From contig MNGN01000031.1 of assembly GCA_001918745.1 (NCBI GenBank), positions 33,651-97,650 of the forward strand: a DNA stretch of 64,000 bases. Reading direction: 5' to 3'. Under the pieces are notes generated by a model. It worked only from the letters and a program-made list of their open reading frames with translations. It was not told the DNA's origin and ran no database searches. Shown here piece after piece: positions 38,278 through 47,034 of this stretch. Source of the stretch: Crenarchaeota archaeon 13_1_40CM_3_52_17. GTDB lineage: Archaea; Thermoproteota; Bathyarchaeia; 40CM-2-53-6. The position numbers and the translations under genes are program-made. Position 1 is the stretch's first letter, and each line of letters opens with the position of its first letter.

Positions 38278-39540
38278 CTAGGCTGGCGTGACACTCGGTA
38301 AAGTCAGGTCTCCCCTTGTTAGGATCAGGATTTTTGCTTCTTTTCCCTCCGCTCGAATGGATTGTTGGACGGCGCTCGAGGCTGTTCGTGAGGGCTTTAG
38401 CTTGAACGAGTCTCTGGCGTAAAGATCTGGGAGTACAGATACGAGTTGTATTCTGTGCTTCTCCAGAGCGTCTTGCAAGAAAAGAGAGACATGACTTCCG
38501 AGCTTGAACTTGTGCCGGAGCTCCGAGACTAGCTCTTTCTTTTCTGAGAATCGTCTGGAGAATTCTAGGAATCCCCGGTCTCCGATGCCCTTTGAGCACT
38601 CCGCAACTAGGATGATCGTTCCTCCCTTCTTTACGGCTCCGAAAGCGTTGGATAGGACTCGGACTCCATGATAGAGGTCCATTCCCAACAACTTTCCAGC
38701 GGCAACAACGACGACATCGGACTTTCGGTCTATTCTTGGAGCATGGACCTGCAGATACCGGGGGACCGCCTCCTGAAACACCGCCTTAAGCTCTCCCGAG
38801 AAAACCGAGTTGATTCCCCCCCAGCCATCAGGCACGAAGGTGAGGCTGTAGAACACGCCTGCCATCTTGTAGGCCTCAAACGAGTCTGAGAGCACGAGGT
38901 TCTCCCCAGTTTCACCTGGGTGTGGAACACCCTTGACCATGAGTGATCTGTTCTTCGCAATTGTGTCAAGAGACGATGCTCCTGGAAGCAGGATATCGGG
39001 TCCGCCCGTGAAACCGCTCGCAAAGTGAGGGGTAACCATACTCAGGCTAATTTTTACATCGCAAGCGAGAAGTTCGCTTTCGAGAAGGACACTAGTCCCT
39101 TGACTGGTTTTGCCGATTTCAGCAAAAGCTCCACCTTTGGGGTCAATGTTCTTGACGCCATGGTCCACTGAGGACGATCGAGACTCCACGTTTGAAGTTC
39201 GACCTCGAGAGAATAGCTTGACCTCTGTAACCCCATGGGTCCCTAGCTGTGTCTTGATCATCTCAATTGCCCGCTGCTGAACATGTAAAGGAACGATAGG
39301 GTCTATCAAAACGCCAACGATTGACCCAGGTTTTAGGATGCTTGAAAGCGAAAAGTCATTGATGGGGCGAGAAAGGGACTCCTCGATCTGATTGGAGAGG
39401 TTTGCGGTCGCGGTTGGTTTTTTGGGTTCTAGAATCTTGTAGAAATTGTCGTCTGGGACTCTGATCGGAATCTCAGTTTCGCCGTATGGAATCCAGAGTT
39501 CCGAATTTGCTCCCCGCGTCGGGGTATCTTGAGCTTGCCT
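38278..39540 (-). CDS. larA: LarA-like (lactate racemase family, DUF2088) protein; conserved N-terminus lies upstream of the first canonical start
   Basis: ORF track starts at a TTG (39309), but the in-frame upstream sequence encodes the LarA N-terminal domain SELWIPYGETEIPIRVPDDNFYKILEP; an in-frame TAA sits at 39541-39543 with no ATG/GTG/TTG between; HFASGFTGG nickel-pincer His motif present. Confidence 0.65.
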   Translation of the reverse strand, partial: RQAQDTPTRGANSELWIPYGETEIPIRVPDDNFYKILEPKKPTATANLSNQIEESLSRPINDFSLSSILKPGSIVGVLIDPIVPLHVQQRAIEMIKTQLGTHGVTEVKLFSRGRTSNVESRSSSVDHGVKNIDPKGGAFAEIGKTSQGTSVLLESELLACDVKISLSMVTPHFASGFTGGPDILLPGASSLDTIAKNRSLMVKGVPHPGETGENLVLSDSFEAYKMAGVFYSLTFVPDGWGGINSVFSGELKAVFQEAVPRYLQVHAPRIDRKSDVVVVAAGKLLGMDLYHGVRVLSNAFGAVKKGGTIILVAECSKGIGDRGFLEFSRRFSEKKELVSELRHKFKLGSHVSLFLQDALEKHRIQLVSVLPDLYARDSFKLKPSRTASSAVQQSIRAEGKEAKILILTRGDLTLPSVTPA

Positions 39541-39627
39541 TTAAATCGCTATACCGGAACCTGACTGTTCATGCGCGAGAGCTTCGTGCGTCTTTTAGCG
39601 TCGACAGATGAATTGGTGGGTCTTTAG

Positions 39628-40236
39628 ATGCCACGTTCTCTTGAAGATAACTTCTCCAAGACGCTGGTGAGAACTGGAGCATTGCAGTTTGGAATGTTCA
39701 CATTGTCAGGAGGCAGAATCAGTCCATACTACTTGGACCTCCGAGTGATTCCGAGTTTTCCTGATGCTTTCCGCACATGCTCGGACCTCTTGGCAATGAA
39801 TGCAAAGTCCATTGAAGGAATCGACAAGATAGGGGGCATCCCGACAGGTGGATTGCCCTGGGCAGCCGTACTCGCCTACGCGCTGTCCAAGCCTCTCGTC
39901 TACACAAGGAAGGATATCAAACTACATGGGAGAGAAAGAACAGTTGAAGGAATACTAACGCCGGGCGACAGAGTTCTGCTTATCGACGACGTGATCACGA
40001 CAGGCAAGAATATTCTCACTGCCCTACAGAGCATTCGCGGAGAAGGAGGCGTTGTCGAGAACGCACTCGTTCTTCTCGACAGGCAGGAGGGGGGAGAACA
40101 GCATCTCATGAAAGAAGGAGTAAAACTGCACTCGGTCGCAAAAATCGCGACCGTGGCACAGAAGCTTCTCGACATGGACGCGATCACCAAGAAACAGTTC
40201 GAGGAACTCGCGGGCTTGAGCGAAACAGCGGAGTAA
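39628..40236 (+). CDS. pyrE: orotate phosphoribosyltransferase
   Basis: 202 aa; PRPP motif VLLIDDVITTGKNI. Confidence 0.85.
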   Translation: MPRSLEDNFSKTLVRTGALQFGMFTLSGGRISPYYLDLRVIPSFPDAFRTCSDLLAMNAKSIEGIDKIGGIPTGGLPWAAVLAYALSKPLVYTRKDIKLHGRERTVEGILTPGDRVLLIDDVITTGKNILTALQSIRGEGGVVENALVLLDRQEGGEQHLMKEGVKLHSVAKIATVAQKLLDMDAITKKQFEELAGLSETAE

Positions 40237-40267
40237 CTACCACAACAGGGGCAAGTAGCATTCTAAA

Positions 40268-41581
40268 ATGGAAACCACCGCATCTCTTCCGCGCGAACTT
40301 CAGGTAACAAGGTCAACTCTGGAGAACGGACTCAAGGTCCTCATTCGAGAGATCCCCAACGCTCCCGTCGCGGGCTGCTGGACTATCTACCGGGTGGGCT
40401 CACGAAACGAGAAGCCTGGCCTCACCGGGATCTCTCACTGGGTCGAACATATGCTCTTCAAAGGCGGAGGCAAACTCGCCAAGGGGGATATCGGACGCCT
40501 CGTCAGCAGAGTGGGAGGAGAATACAACGGATTCACATCTAAGGATTTCACGGCCTATTACGAGATCCTACCTGCGGACCATATCGAGACCGGATTATTG
40601 ATCGAATCGGAGAGAATGATGAATGCGGCTCTTGATCCGCGCGAAGTTGAATCAGAACGATCGGTCGTTGTCTCGGAAAGAGAGGGAAACGAGAACGACC
40701 CCGAGTTTCTAGCAACAGAAGAATTGTTCCTTAGTGCTTTCCGATACCATCCTTACAGATGGTCGGAGGGCGGGACAAAGCCCGACCTTCAACGCGTCAC
40801 CCGAGACGACCTCTTCGAACACTATCGGCGATATTACGCGCCGGGAAACGCAATGCTGGTTGTAGCGGGGCCTTTCTCTCCGAAGAAGATTCTGCCCAAG
40901 ATCGAAGAAAGCTTCTCGCCGCTCTCCAAAGCTGAGAAGCCTCCTGAGCCCAACATTGTAGAACCTCTTCAGGCTGGGGAGAGACGGGTAGAGTTGCGAG
41001 TGCCATCGGAAGCTGACTACATTAAAGTCGCCTACCACACCCCAGGCTTTGGAAACGAAGACGTTTACGGACTAATGATGCTGGACGCGGTTCTCAGCGG
41101 AGTACGACTCTTCGCCTTCGGCCCCGGTCAGACATCTGGCCGAAGTGCCAGGCTCTACAGGGCGCTCGTCGAGAAGAAGATTGCAACTCAAGCTTCCTCG
41201 GAGTTCTTTCCATCAATCGACCCCTCCATCTTCGCTCTCGACCTTACGGTTTGGGACGGAGTCAACATTGACAAGGCCGAGAAACTCTTATTCGACGAGA
41301 TCGAGAGGATAAAGGCGACGCCGCCGAGCAGGCACGAACTAGAAAGATCTCTAGCTCAGATCCGGTCACAGTACTCATACACGTTCGACGGTGTTGCTCG
41401 CCAGGGATTTGTAATCGGAATCTTTGAACTTGTCATCTCATTCGAGACGATGACGAAACTGGTTGACAAATTGTCCAAGATAACTGCCCAGAAGATCTCG
41501 GAGGTCGCAAGGAAGTATCTGACCATCGAGAACAGGACAGTTTGTAGAACAATGGGTGTGAGGAACGCTCATGGGCATTGA
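40268..41581 (+). CDS. M16 family zinc peptidase (active subunit)
   Basis: 437 aa; inverted zinc motif GISHWVEHMLFKG (HxxEH). Confidence 0.8.
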   Translation: METTASLPRELQVTRSTLENGLKVLIREIPNAPVAGCWTIYRVGSRNEKPGLTGISHWVEHMLFKGGGKLAKGDIGRLVSRVGGEYNGFTSKDFTAYYEILPADHIETGLLIESERMMNAALDPREVESERSVVVSEREGNENDPEFLATEELFLSAFRYHPYRWSEGGTKPDLQRVTRDDLFEHYRRYYAPGNAMLVVAGPFSPKKILPKIEESFSPLSKAEKPPEPNIVEPLQAGERRVELRVPSEADYIKVAYHTPGFGNEDVYGLMMLDAVLSGVRLFAFGPGQTSGRSARLYRALVEKKIATQASSEFFPSIDPSIFALDLTVWDGVNIDKAEKLLFDEIERIKATPPSRHELERSLAQIRSQYSYTFDGVARQGFVIGIFELVISFETMTKLVDKLSKITAQKISEVARKYLTIENRTVCRTMGVRNAHGH

Positions 41582-42836
41582 TTCCGATCTTCCCAAACTA
41601 GTCGAAGAACACTCGATCGCCAAGGGAGTGAGATGCCTCGTATACCGCACCACTGACAATCCCACCGTTGCAGTCCATGGAAGCATCAGGGCCGGGACCG
41701 CGCTTGAACCCAAGAACCACCATGGAATCGCGGAGCTTGCAACCAGGCTCTTGATCCGAGGATCACGGAAGCTGCGTCCGGAGAAGATCGCCGATTCTTT
41801 GGAGTCCATTGGGGCAGCGATCAACTTCCGCAACACGCCTGACGCGATATTGTTCCAGGCACGGATGACGACTCCCTGGATGAAGAGAGTCCTGGATATT
41901 CTAGCGGAATGTCTGACCAAACCCTCGTTTGACAGGAGGGATGTGGAGAAGGAGAAAGAGGAACTGCTAACAGACATCCGTCTGAGAGATGACGATCCTA
42001 CGAGGAGAGGAATCCGTGAGCTGGTCGCAATGGTCTATCCGCAAAACCATCCGTACGGTCAAGACAAGTTCGGGACAGCCGAGAGCGTCAAGAATATCGA
42101 GAGAGCCAACCTAGACGATTACTTTGACGATCACGTCGCCAAAGCTCCCGTGATCATAGCCTTCGCGGGACAGTTCAAATCCGACCAGGCCCTGAAGTGG
42201 AGCGGCCGGACATTCGGTGAGAGAGAAGATTCTGCAGCAATGAAAGACGTTTCAGGAACCCCACCAAATTCCTACAAGAAGGAGATTGTCATGCCTCACA
42301 AGTCTCAGACAGAGATCATGATGGGAACACTAGCTGTCGCGCGGCTGGACCCAGACTATGAGCCACTCAACCTACTGAACGCAATCCTGGGCGAACTGGG
42401 CTTCATGGGGAGGCTTGGACAAAGGGTGCGGGACAAAGAAGGGCTTGCATATTCGTGCACATCGTTTCTCAACGCCGGACTCCAAGGCGGCAACTGGACC
42501 GCCCTCGCTGGGGTAAATCCGAAGAACGTGGACCGTGCCAGAAAGCTAATGGAAGAGGAGATCAAGAGGGTGATCGACGAGCCGGTTCTGGAGCAAGAGC
42601 TTGAAGATGCTAAAGAAAACCAGACCGGTTCCGCATTGATGGAACTGGAATCAACTGAAGGAATCGCCCGGACCAGCCATAATCTCGTCCACTACGCACT
42701 CGGACTGGATTATTTCGCGAAAAGGCGACAGCTTTTCCGGAGGATCAATGTAGGCCAACTTCAAGAGATGGCAGGCAAATATTTGCAGGCGTCACGGACT
42801 TCCACGGTGATAGCTGGGCCGAAAGCCAAAGCCTAG
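41571..42836 (+). CDS. M16 family peptidase, non-catalytic partner subunit
   Basis: 421 aa; M16 fold without HxxEH; 11-nt overlap with the upstream subunit. Confidence 0.7.
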   Translation: MGIDSDLPKLVEEHSIAKGVRCLVYRTTDNPTVAVHGSIRAGTALEPKNHHGIAELATRLLIRGSRKLRPEKIADSLESIGAAINFRNTPDAILFQARMTTPWMKRVLDILAECLTKPSFDRRDVEKEKEELLTDIRLRDDDPTRRGIRELVAMVYPQNHPYGQDKFGTAESVKNIERANLDDYFDDHVAKAPVIIAFAGQFKSDQALKWSGRTFGEREDSAAMKDVSGTPPNSYKKEIVMPHKSQTEIMMGTLAVARLDPDYEPLNLLNAILGELGFMGRLGQRVRDKEGLAYSCTSFLNAGLQGGNWTALAGVNPKNVDRARKLMEEEIKRVIDEPVLEQELEDAKENQTGSALMELESTEGIARTSHNLVHYALGLDYFAKRRQLFRRINVGQLQEMAGKYLQASRTSTVIAGPKAKA

Positions 42837-42881
42837 CCAATTTCCAAACCCTAAAAACCGCCTCGTATCACGGACATAGTC

Positions 42882-43223
42882 ATGGATGATCCGGCCAAAG
42901 AAGTATCGATAGACGAATTCAAAAAGCTCGAGATCCGAGTTGGATTAGTTGTGGAGGTCTCGCGCGTTCCCCGAACCGAAAAGCTCTACAAAGTCATTGT
43001 GGACTTTGGCCCTCAAGGAAAGCGACAGACCGTAACAGGTCTAGTTGGATACTATACGGCGGAGGAACTGATGAACAAGAGAGTTGCCTTCGTTCTGAAC
43101 CTGAAGCCTGCGAAGTTTGCTGGCGAAAAATCCGAGGGCATGCTTCTGGCGGCCTCAGATGGAGAGAAGCTGTCTCTTCTAACGATCGAGAGGGATGTTC
43201 CGAACGGGGCCCGAGTCAGCTAG
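42882..43223 (+). CDS. tRNA-binding protein (Trbp111/CsaA-like OB fold)
   Basis: 113 aa; KLEIRVGLVVEV ... KLYKVIVDFG. Confidence 0.75.
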   Translation: MDDPAKEVSIDEFKKLEIRVGLVVEVSRVPRTEKLYKVIVDFGPQGKRQTVTGLVGYYTAEELMNKRVAFVLNLKPAKFAGEKSEGMLLAASDGEKLSLLTIERDVPNGARVS

Positions 43224-43240
43224 GATCGATTGCTATAGTT

Positions 43241-43876
43241 ATGCCAAACCAGTGGATCGAGCGCAGGAAGAAGGATCAGTACTACAAGCTTGCCAAGCTC
43301 AGAGGATACCGGAGTAGAGCCGCTTACAAGCTTCTTCAGACAACGAGGATCTACAATCTCATGCTTCCGGGTCAGAAGGTTGTTGACCTCGGGTCCCAGC
43401 CTGGAGGTTGGCTGCAGATTGCAAGGGAAGCAGTTGGACCGGAGGGCTTGGTCCTCGGAGTCGATATCAAGAAGATCGAACCTCTTCCTTATTCCAACGT
43501 GAGGCTGATAGAGGCGGACATATACTCTGAGGACTTACCGCAGAGGATCATTTCCGAGCTAAAGGGACCTGCTGACGTGGTTCTATCAGACTTGGCACCA
43601 ACCATCATCGGAGCATGGGAGGTGGATCATGCTAGGCAGGTCGATCTTGCAAGAGTTGCGCTTAGAATACTGCAAGAGGTTCTCAAGAAAGGCGGAAACG
43701 CGTTCATCAAACTGTTCCACGGACCGGAACTTAGAAGGTTTCAGGACGAAGCCGACGAGTTTTTCGAGAAGAGCAAACTATTGAAACCGAAGGCGAGTCG
43801 CCCGGAGAGCTCGGAAGTCTACTACCTTGGCCTAGATTTCAAAATGAGGTGGATGCCTCCTGAGCCAAAAACGTGA
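43241..43876 (+). CDS. rlmE: 23S rRNA (uridine-2'-O)-methyltransferase RlmE/FtsJ
   Basis: 211 aa; YRSRAAYKLLQ ... VVDLGSQPGGW ... VLSDLAP. Confidence 0.85.
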   Translation: MPNQWIERRKKDQYYKLAKLRGYRSRAAYKLLQTTRIYNLMLPGQKVVDLGSQPGGWLQIAREAVGPEGLVLGVDIKKIEPLPYSNVRLIEADIYSEDLPQRIISELKGPADVVLSDLAPTIIGAWEVDHARQVDLARVALRILQEVLKKGGNAFIKLFHGPELRRFQDEADEFFEKSKLLKPKASRPESSEVYYLGLDFKMRWMPPEPKT

Positions 43877-43886
43877 GCATCCTAGA

Positions 43887-44423
43887 ATAATCCTGGTGAC
43901 GGGGGCACCTGGGGTTGGAAAGACGACCCTGATTCAACGGATTCACCAACACTACAAGACCAAAGGGCTGAGAATAGCGGGTATTACAACCCACGAGGTA
44001 AGGGAAGGCGACCAACGCGTTGGGTTCAGAATAACCAACCTCTCATCAGGCGCCGAAGGGTGGCTAGCCAGGTTGGACGACGGTGCGGGTCCAAGAATAG
44101 GAAAATACACTGTCGTCAGCCGAGACCTCGAGCTGATCGGCGTAGGGGGACTGAGAGAAGCTACGGAAAGGCCTGACGATCTCGCCCTCGTTGATGAAAT
44201 TGGACCCATGGAAATGACGAGCAGTGCGTTCAGAGACGCTGTAGCCAAACTTCTCTCTCAGGAGGGGTTCGTGATTGCGGCTGTGAAATACGGCTCACAT
44301 TACCCTGAAGTCGAGGGAGCCTCTGAGACAGCCGAGACCGTGAACATGGAAGTGTTGAGGAACAATCGCGAGGAAGTCTTTCAGAGGATAACCTCGATCG
44401 TCGACAGCTGGATGAAACGGTAG
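43887..44423 (+). CDS. nucleoside-triphosphatase THEP1 (start probably non-canonical, upstream of the GTG at 43896)
   Basis: Walker A GAPGVGKTT; the required beta1 strand RIILV is encoded immediately upstream of the first canonical start (AGA ATA ATC CTG GTG), only 10 nt after the rlmE stop. Confidence 0.65.
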   Translation: MILVTGAPGVGKTTLIQRIHQHYKTKGLRIAGITTHEVREGDQRVGFRITNLSSGAEGWLARLDDGAGPRIGKYTVVSRDLELIGVGGLREATERPDDLALVDEIGPMEMTSSAFRDAVAKLLSQEGFVIAAVKYGSHYPEVEGASETAETVNMEVLRNNREEVFQRITSIVDSWMKR

Positions 44424-44435
44424 GAGCGAGATAAC

Positions 44436-45092
44436 TTGCGAGTGTGCGGTGTGGATGACGCGGGCCGCGGTCCAGTAATCGGACCACTAGTCATTGCAGG
44501 GATCCGTATAGAAGAAGAGAAACTCGATCAGCTTAGGTCGCTTGGAGTCAAGGATTCGAAGAAACTGTCGCCGGAGGCCAGAATGGAACTCTCTACTGAG
44601 ATCCCTAAGATTGTTGATGAATATCACATTGTCGAGTTGGAGGCGGCTCATCTGGACTTGGTGGTAAACCGCTCTCCAAGATTTCAAAGACTCAACTTAT
44701 TGGAAGCGAAAGCAATGGCTGAAGTGATCGAGAAACTGAAACCTCATCTAGCTTATGTCGATGCCTCAGATACCCGCCCAGAACGATTCAAGAACAACAT
44801 TCTGGAGCACCTCAGCTTCAAACTCAAATTGGTCTCTGAACATCACGCAGATGAAAAATATCCATCAGTCTCCGCCGCGAGTATCCTCGCGAAGGTTCGC
44901 AGAGATTCGAGAATCGAGGAAATAAAGAAAGAATACGGCGACGTTGGATCAGGGTATGCAACGGATCCAAAAACCATCAGGTTCCTAAGCGAATACTACT
45001 TGGCAAATCGAGATTTTCCACCGATCGTCAGGAGATCATGGAAGACGCTCAGGAACATCGTCCGAGAAATCTCCCAATCAAAACTGTGCTGA
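44436..45092 (+). CDS. rnhB: ribonuclease HII (TTG start)
   Basis: 218 aa; GVDDAGRGPVIGPLVIAG. Confidence 0.9.
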   Translation: MRVCGVDDAGRGPVIGPLVIAGIRIEEEKLDQLRSLGVKDSKKLSPEARMELSTEIPKIVDEYHIVELEAAHLDLVVNRSPRFQRLNLLEAKAMAEVIEKLKPHLAYVDASDTRPERFKNNILEHLSFKLKLVSEHHADEKYPSVSAASILAKVRRDSRIEEIKKEYGDVGSGYATDPKTIRFLSEYYLANRDFPPIVRRSWKTLRNIVREISQSKLC

Positions 45093-45238
45093 GGGGTGAG
45101 ATGTTCTTCGACGGCTCAGGCAAATGCCTTCTCGCTCATCTTATTGGTCCGAGTAACTTTGACCAATCATCGCCGTCGTGCTATTACGATAGTTGAGGGT
45201 CAGATATAACAGATTTTACTGGCGAGGAGAGAGGACTC

Positions 45239-45790
45239 CTAGCCAATCATATGGCTGAAAGCGCCGGTCGCGGTATACTTTTGGGCCATCTTCACATAGG
45301 CTCGAAAGGACTCTCTTATCATCCGAACGTCCTTGTCGGTTGCCTTCCTCAGTACCTTGGCGGGTGAACCCACTGCGACTGAGCGCGGAGGGATAGTTCT
45401 GCCCTCGAGAACGACGGTGCCAACCCCGATTATAGAGTGAGCGCCGATTTTCGCCCCATCGAAAATGATGGCTCCGGCTCCGATGAGGCATTCGTCGCCG
45501 ATTCTGCAGGCATGAACAATCGCGCTGTGAGCGACTGTAACTCCATTGCCAATGACGCCAGCATTCTCGGCGGAACAATGAACGACAACATTGTCTTGTA
45601 GACTGCAATTGGCTCCAACCCTGATCCGCCCGTAGTCACCGCGAAGCACCGCTCCCGGCCAAATGCTAGTTCGTGAACCGACTACCACGTCACCGATGAT
45701 ACTCGCGTTGGGAGCCACCATGGCCATTGGATGGACTCTTGGTTTCTTTGAACCGAGCTGATAGAGAGGCATATCTCCTCCATCGAGCAA
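45239..45790 (-). CDS. gamma-class carbonic anhydrase-like hexapeptide-repeat protein
   Basis: 183 aa; left-handed beta-helix repeats, His ligands. Confidence 0.8.
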   Translation of the reverse strand: MLDGGDMPLYQLGSKKPRVHPMAMVAPNASIIGDVVVGSRTSIWPGAVLRGDYGRIRVGANCSLQDNVVVHCSAENAGVIGNGVTVAHSAIVHACRIGDECLIGAGAIIFDGAKIGAHSIIGVGTVVLEGRTIPPRSVAVGSPAKVLRKATDKDVRMIRESFRAYVKMAQKYTATGAFSHMIG

Positions 45791-45843
45791 CCGCTAATTC
45801 ATCTCTCTTGGCTTTGGACGACAGAGGTGGAAGTCCAGGGTAT

Positions 45844-46572
45844 TCAGGTTGCCCCATAAACGAGAATCTTCTGAATTGAAGACGATGGAGCTTGAGTCGG
45901 AGCCTGGTCCACTTTGGCCTCAGAGGAAGACGCTTCCTGCTTCGGTTTCTTAGAGGGTTCAATCACTTCGAAGGCGAACAGAGCTATGATTAGGATGACA
46001 ATCACCAAGATTCCCTCGGGCCTTGGAGCTCCCGTGGTGTCATTGTACATGAAATTCCGAATATCCAGAATGGCTGACCCCAGGTAGGGGACTGGAATCG
46101 TATACTGGTAGGTTCCCACCACGACGGAATAGGGAACCCCGTTGGGGTAGCCGGGCCAGCTATCTCGGCCAGGATTAGTGACGTAATTATCCCCTTGGGT
46201 CACGAAGAAGTATCCTTTACCCGTCTGATTTGTAATATTGACCTGTCTAACTCGGTGAACCACCAAGAAATCGGGCTGAGAGGGATAGGGACGAAACACG
46301 ATTATTGAACCGTTCGGGGGAGGACCCGCGACGATCGTATTCGGGTCTTGACCCCTAATTACGATGAGGGCTCCGACGGGTAACGTGCAGTTGATGGGTG
46401 GGCACATGCTTCCTGAAGATACGACAAGAACTGGATACTCTGTGTTAAGGGCCAGCCGGACTCCGCCCCAGACTGCTAGAGCGCCGAGGATCACGATACC
46501 TACTAGAAGAAGTCCCCGTGCGGTTTCATTTCTCTTGATAAATTTCCAGAATTTGCGAATATAAGCGCTCAA
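45844..46572 (-). CDS. signal peptidase I (S26, archaeal Sec11-like)
   Basis: 242 aa; N-terminal TM helix, VVSSGSMCP catalytic Ser motif, C-terminal TM helix plus Ser/Gln-rich tail. Confidence 0.65.
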   Translation of the reverse strand: MSAYIRKFWKFIKRNETARGLLLVGIVILGALAVWGGVRLALNTEYPVLVVSSGSMCPPINCTLPVGALIVIRGQDPNTIVAGPPPNGSIIVFRPYPSQPDFLVVHRVRQVNITNQTGKGYFFVTQGDNYVTNPGRDSWPGYPNGVPYSVVVGTYQYTIPVPYLGSAILDIRNFMYNDTTGAPRPEGILVIVILIIALFAFEVIEPSKKPKQEASSSEAKVDQAPTQAPSSSIQKILVYGAT

Positions 46573-46587
46573 AGTCTCAAGTCTAGT

Positions 46588-46986
46588 CTAGACATGCTTT
46601 TGCTGGAAGGGTCCTATCTCGGCCTCGTACTGAATCCGCCTCAAAAACTCTTCTGCAGCCCGAGCACCAGCCGTCAGGAACTCTTCACCTCTAGGGGTGA
46701 TCCGGTAGACTTTTCGGCCTCGGCCGCCTTCGGCCTCCCATACAGCCTGCAAGTAGCCCTTCTCCTCCATTGAATGAAGGAGCGGATAGAGTGTTCCAGC
46801 GCTCAAGTAGACTTTGAATCGGTCACGGATCTCGAGGTTGACCTCGTAGCCCCAGCGCGGCTTGCTCTTGAGGAGTCGAAGTATGATAAGGTCAAGATGG
46901 TTCTTCACCAATCTCTCCCTCCAAGCCTTATCCAGATCCTTATTCAAGCAACACCGGAACTCTTTGAAACCTACAACCCCAAACAA
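46588..46986 (-). CDS. PadR family transcriptional regulator
   Basis: 132 aa; LIILRLLKSKPRWGYEV ... GTLYPLLHSMEEKGYL. Confidence 0.8.
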   Translation of the reverse strand: MFGVVGFKEFRCCLNKDLDKAWRERLVKNHLDLIILRLLKSKPRWGYEVNLEIRDRFKVYLSAGTLYPLLHSMEEKGYLQAVWEAEGGRGRKVYRITPRGEEFLTAGARAAEEFLRRIQYEAEIGPFQQKHV

Positions 46987-47034
46987 TTGCCCCTTAACGC
47001 TTTCTAGGTTTTTATCGAACAGCCTAGGTCTTGC

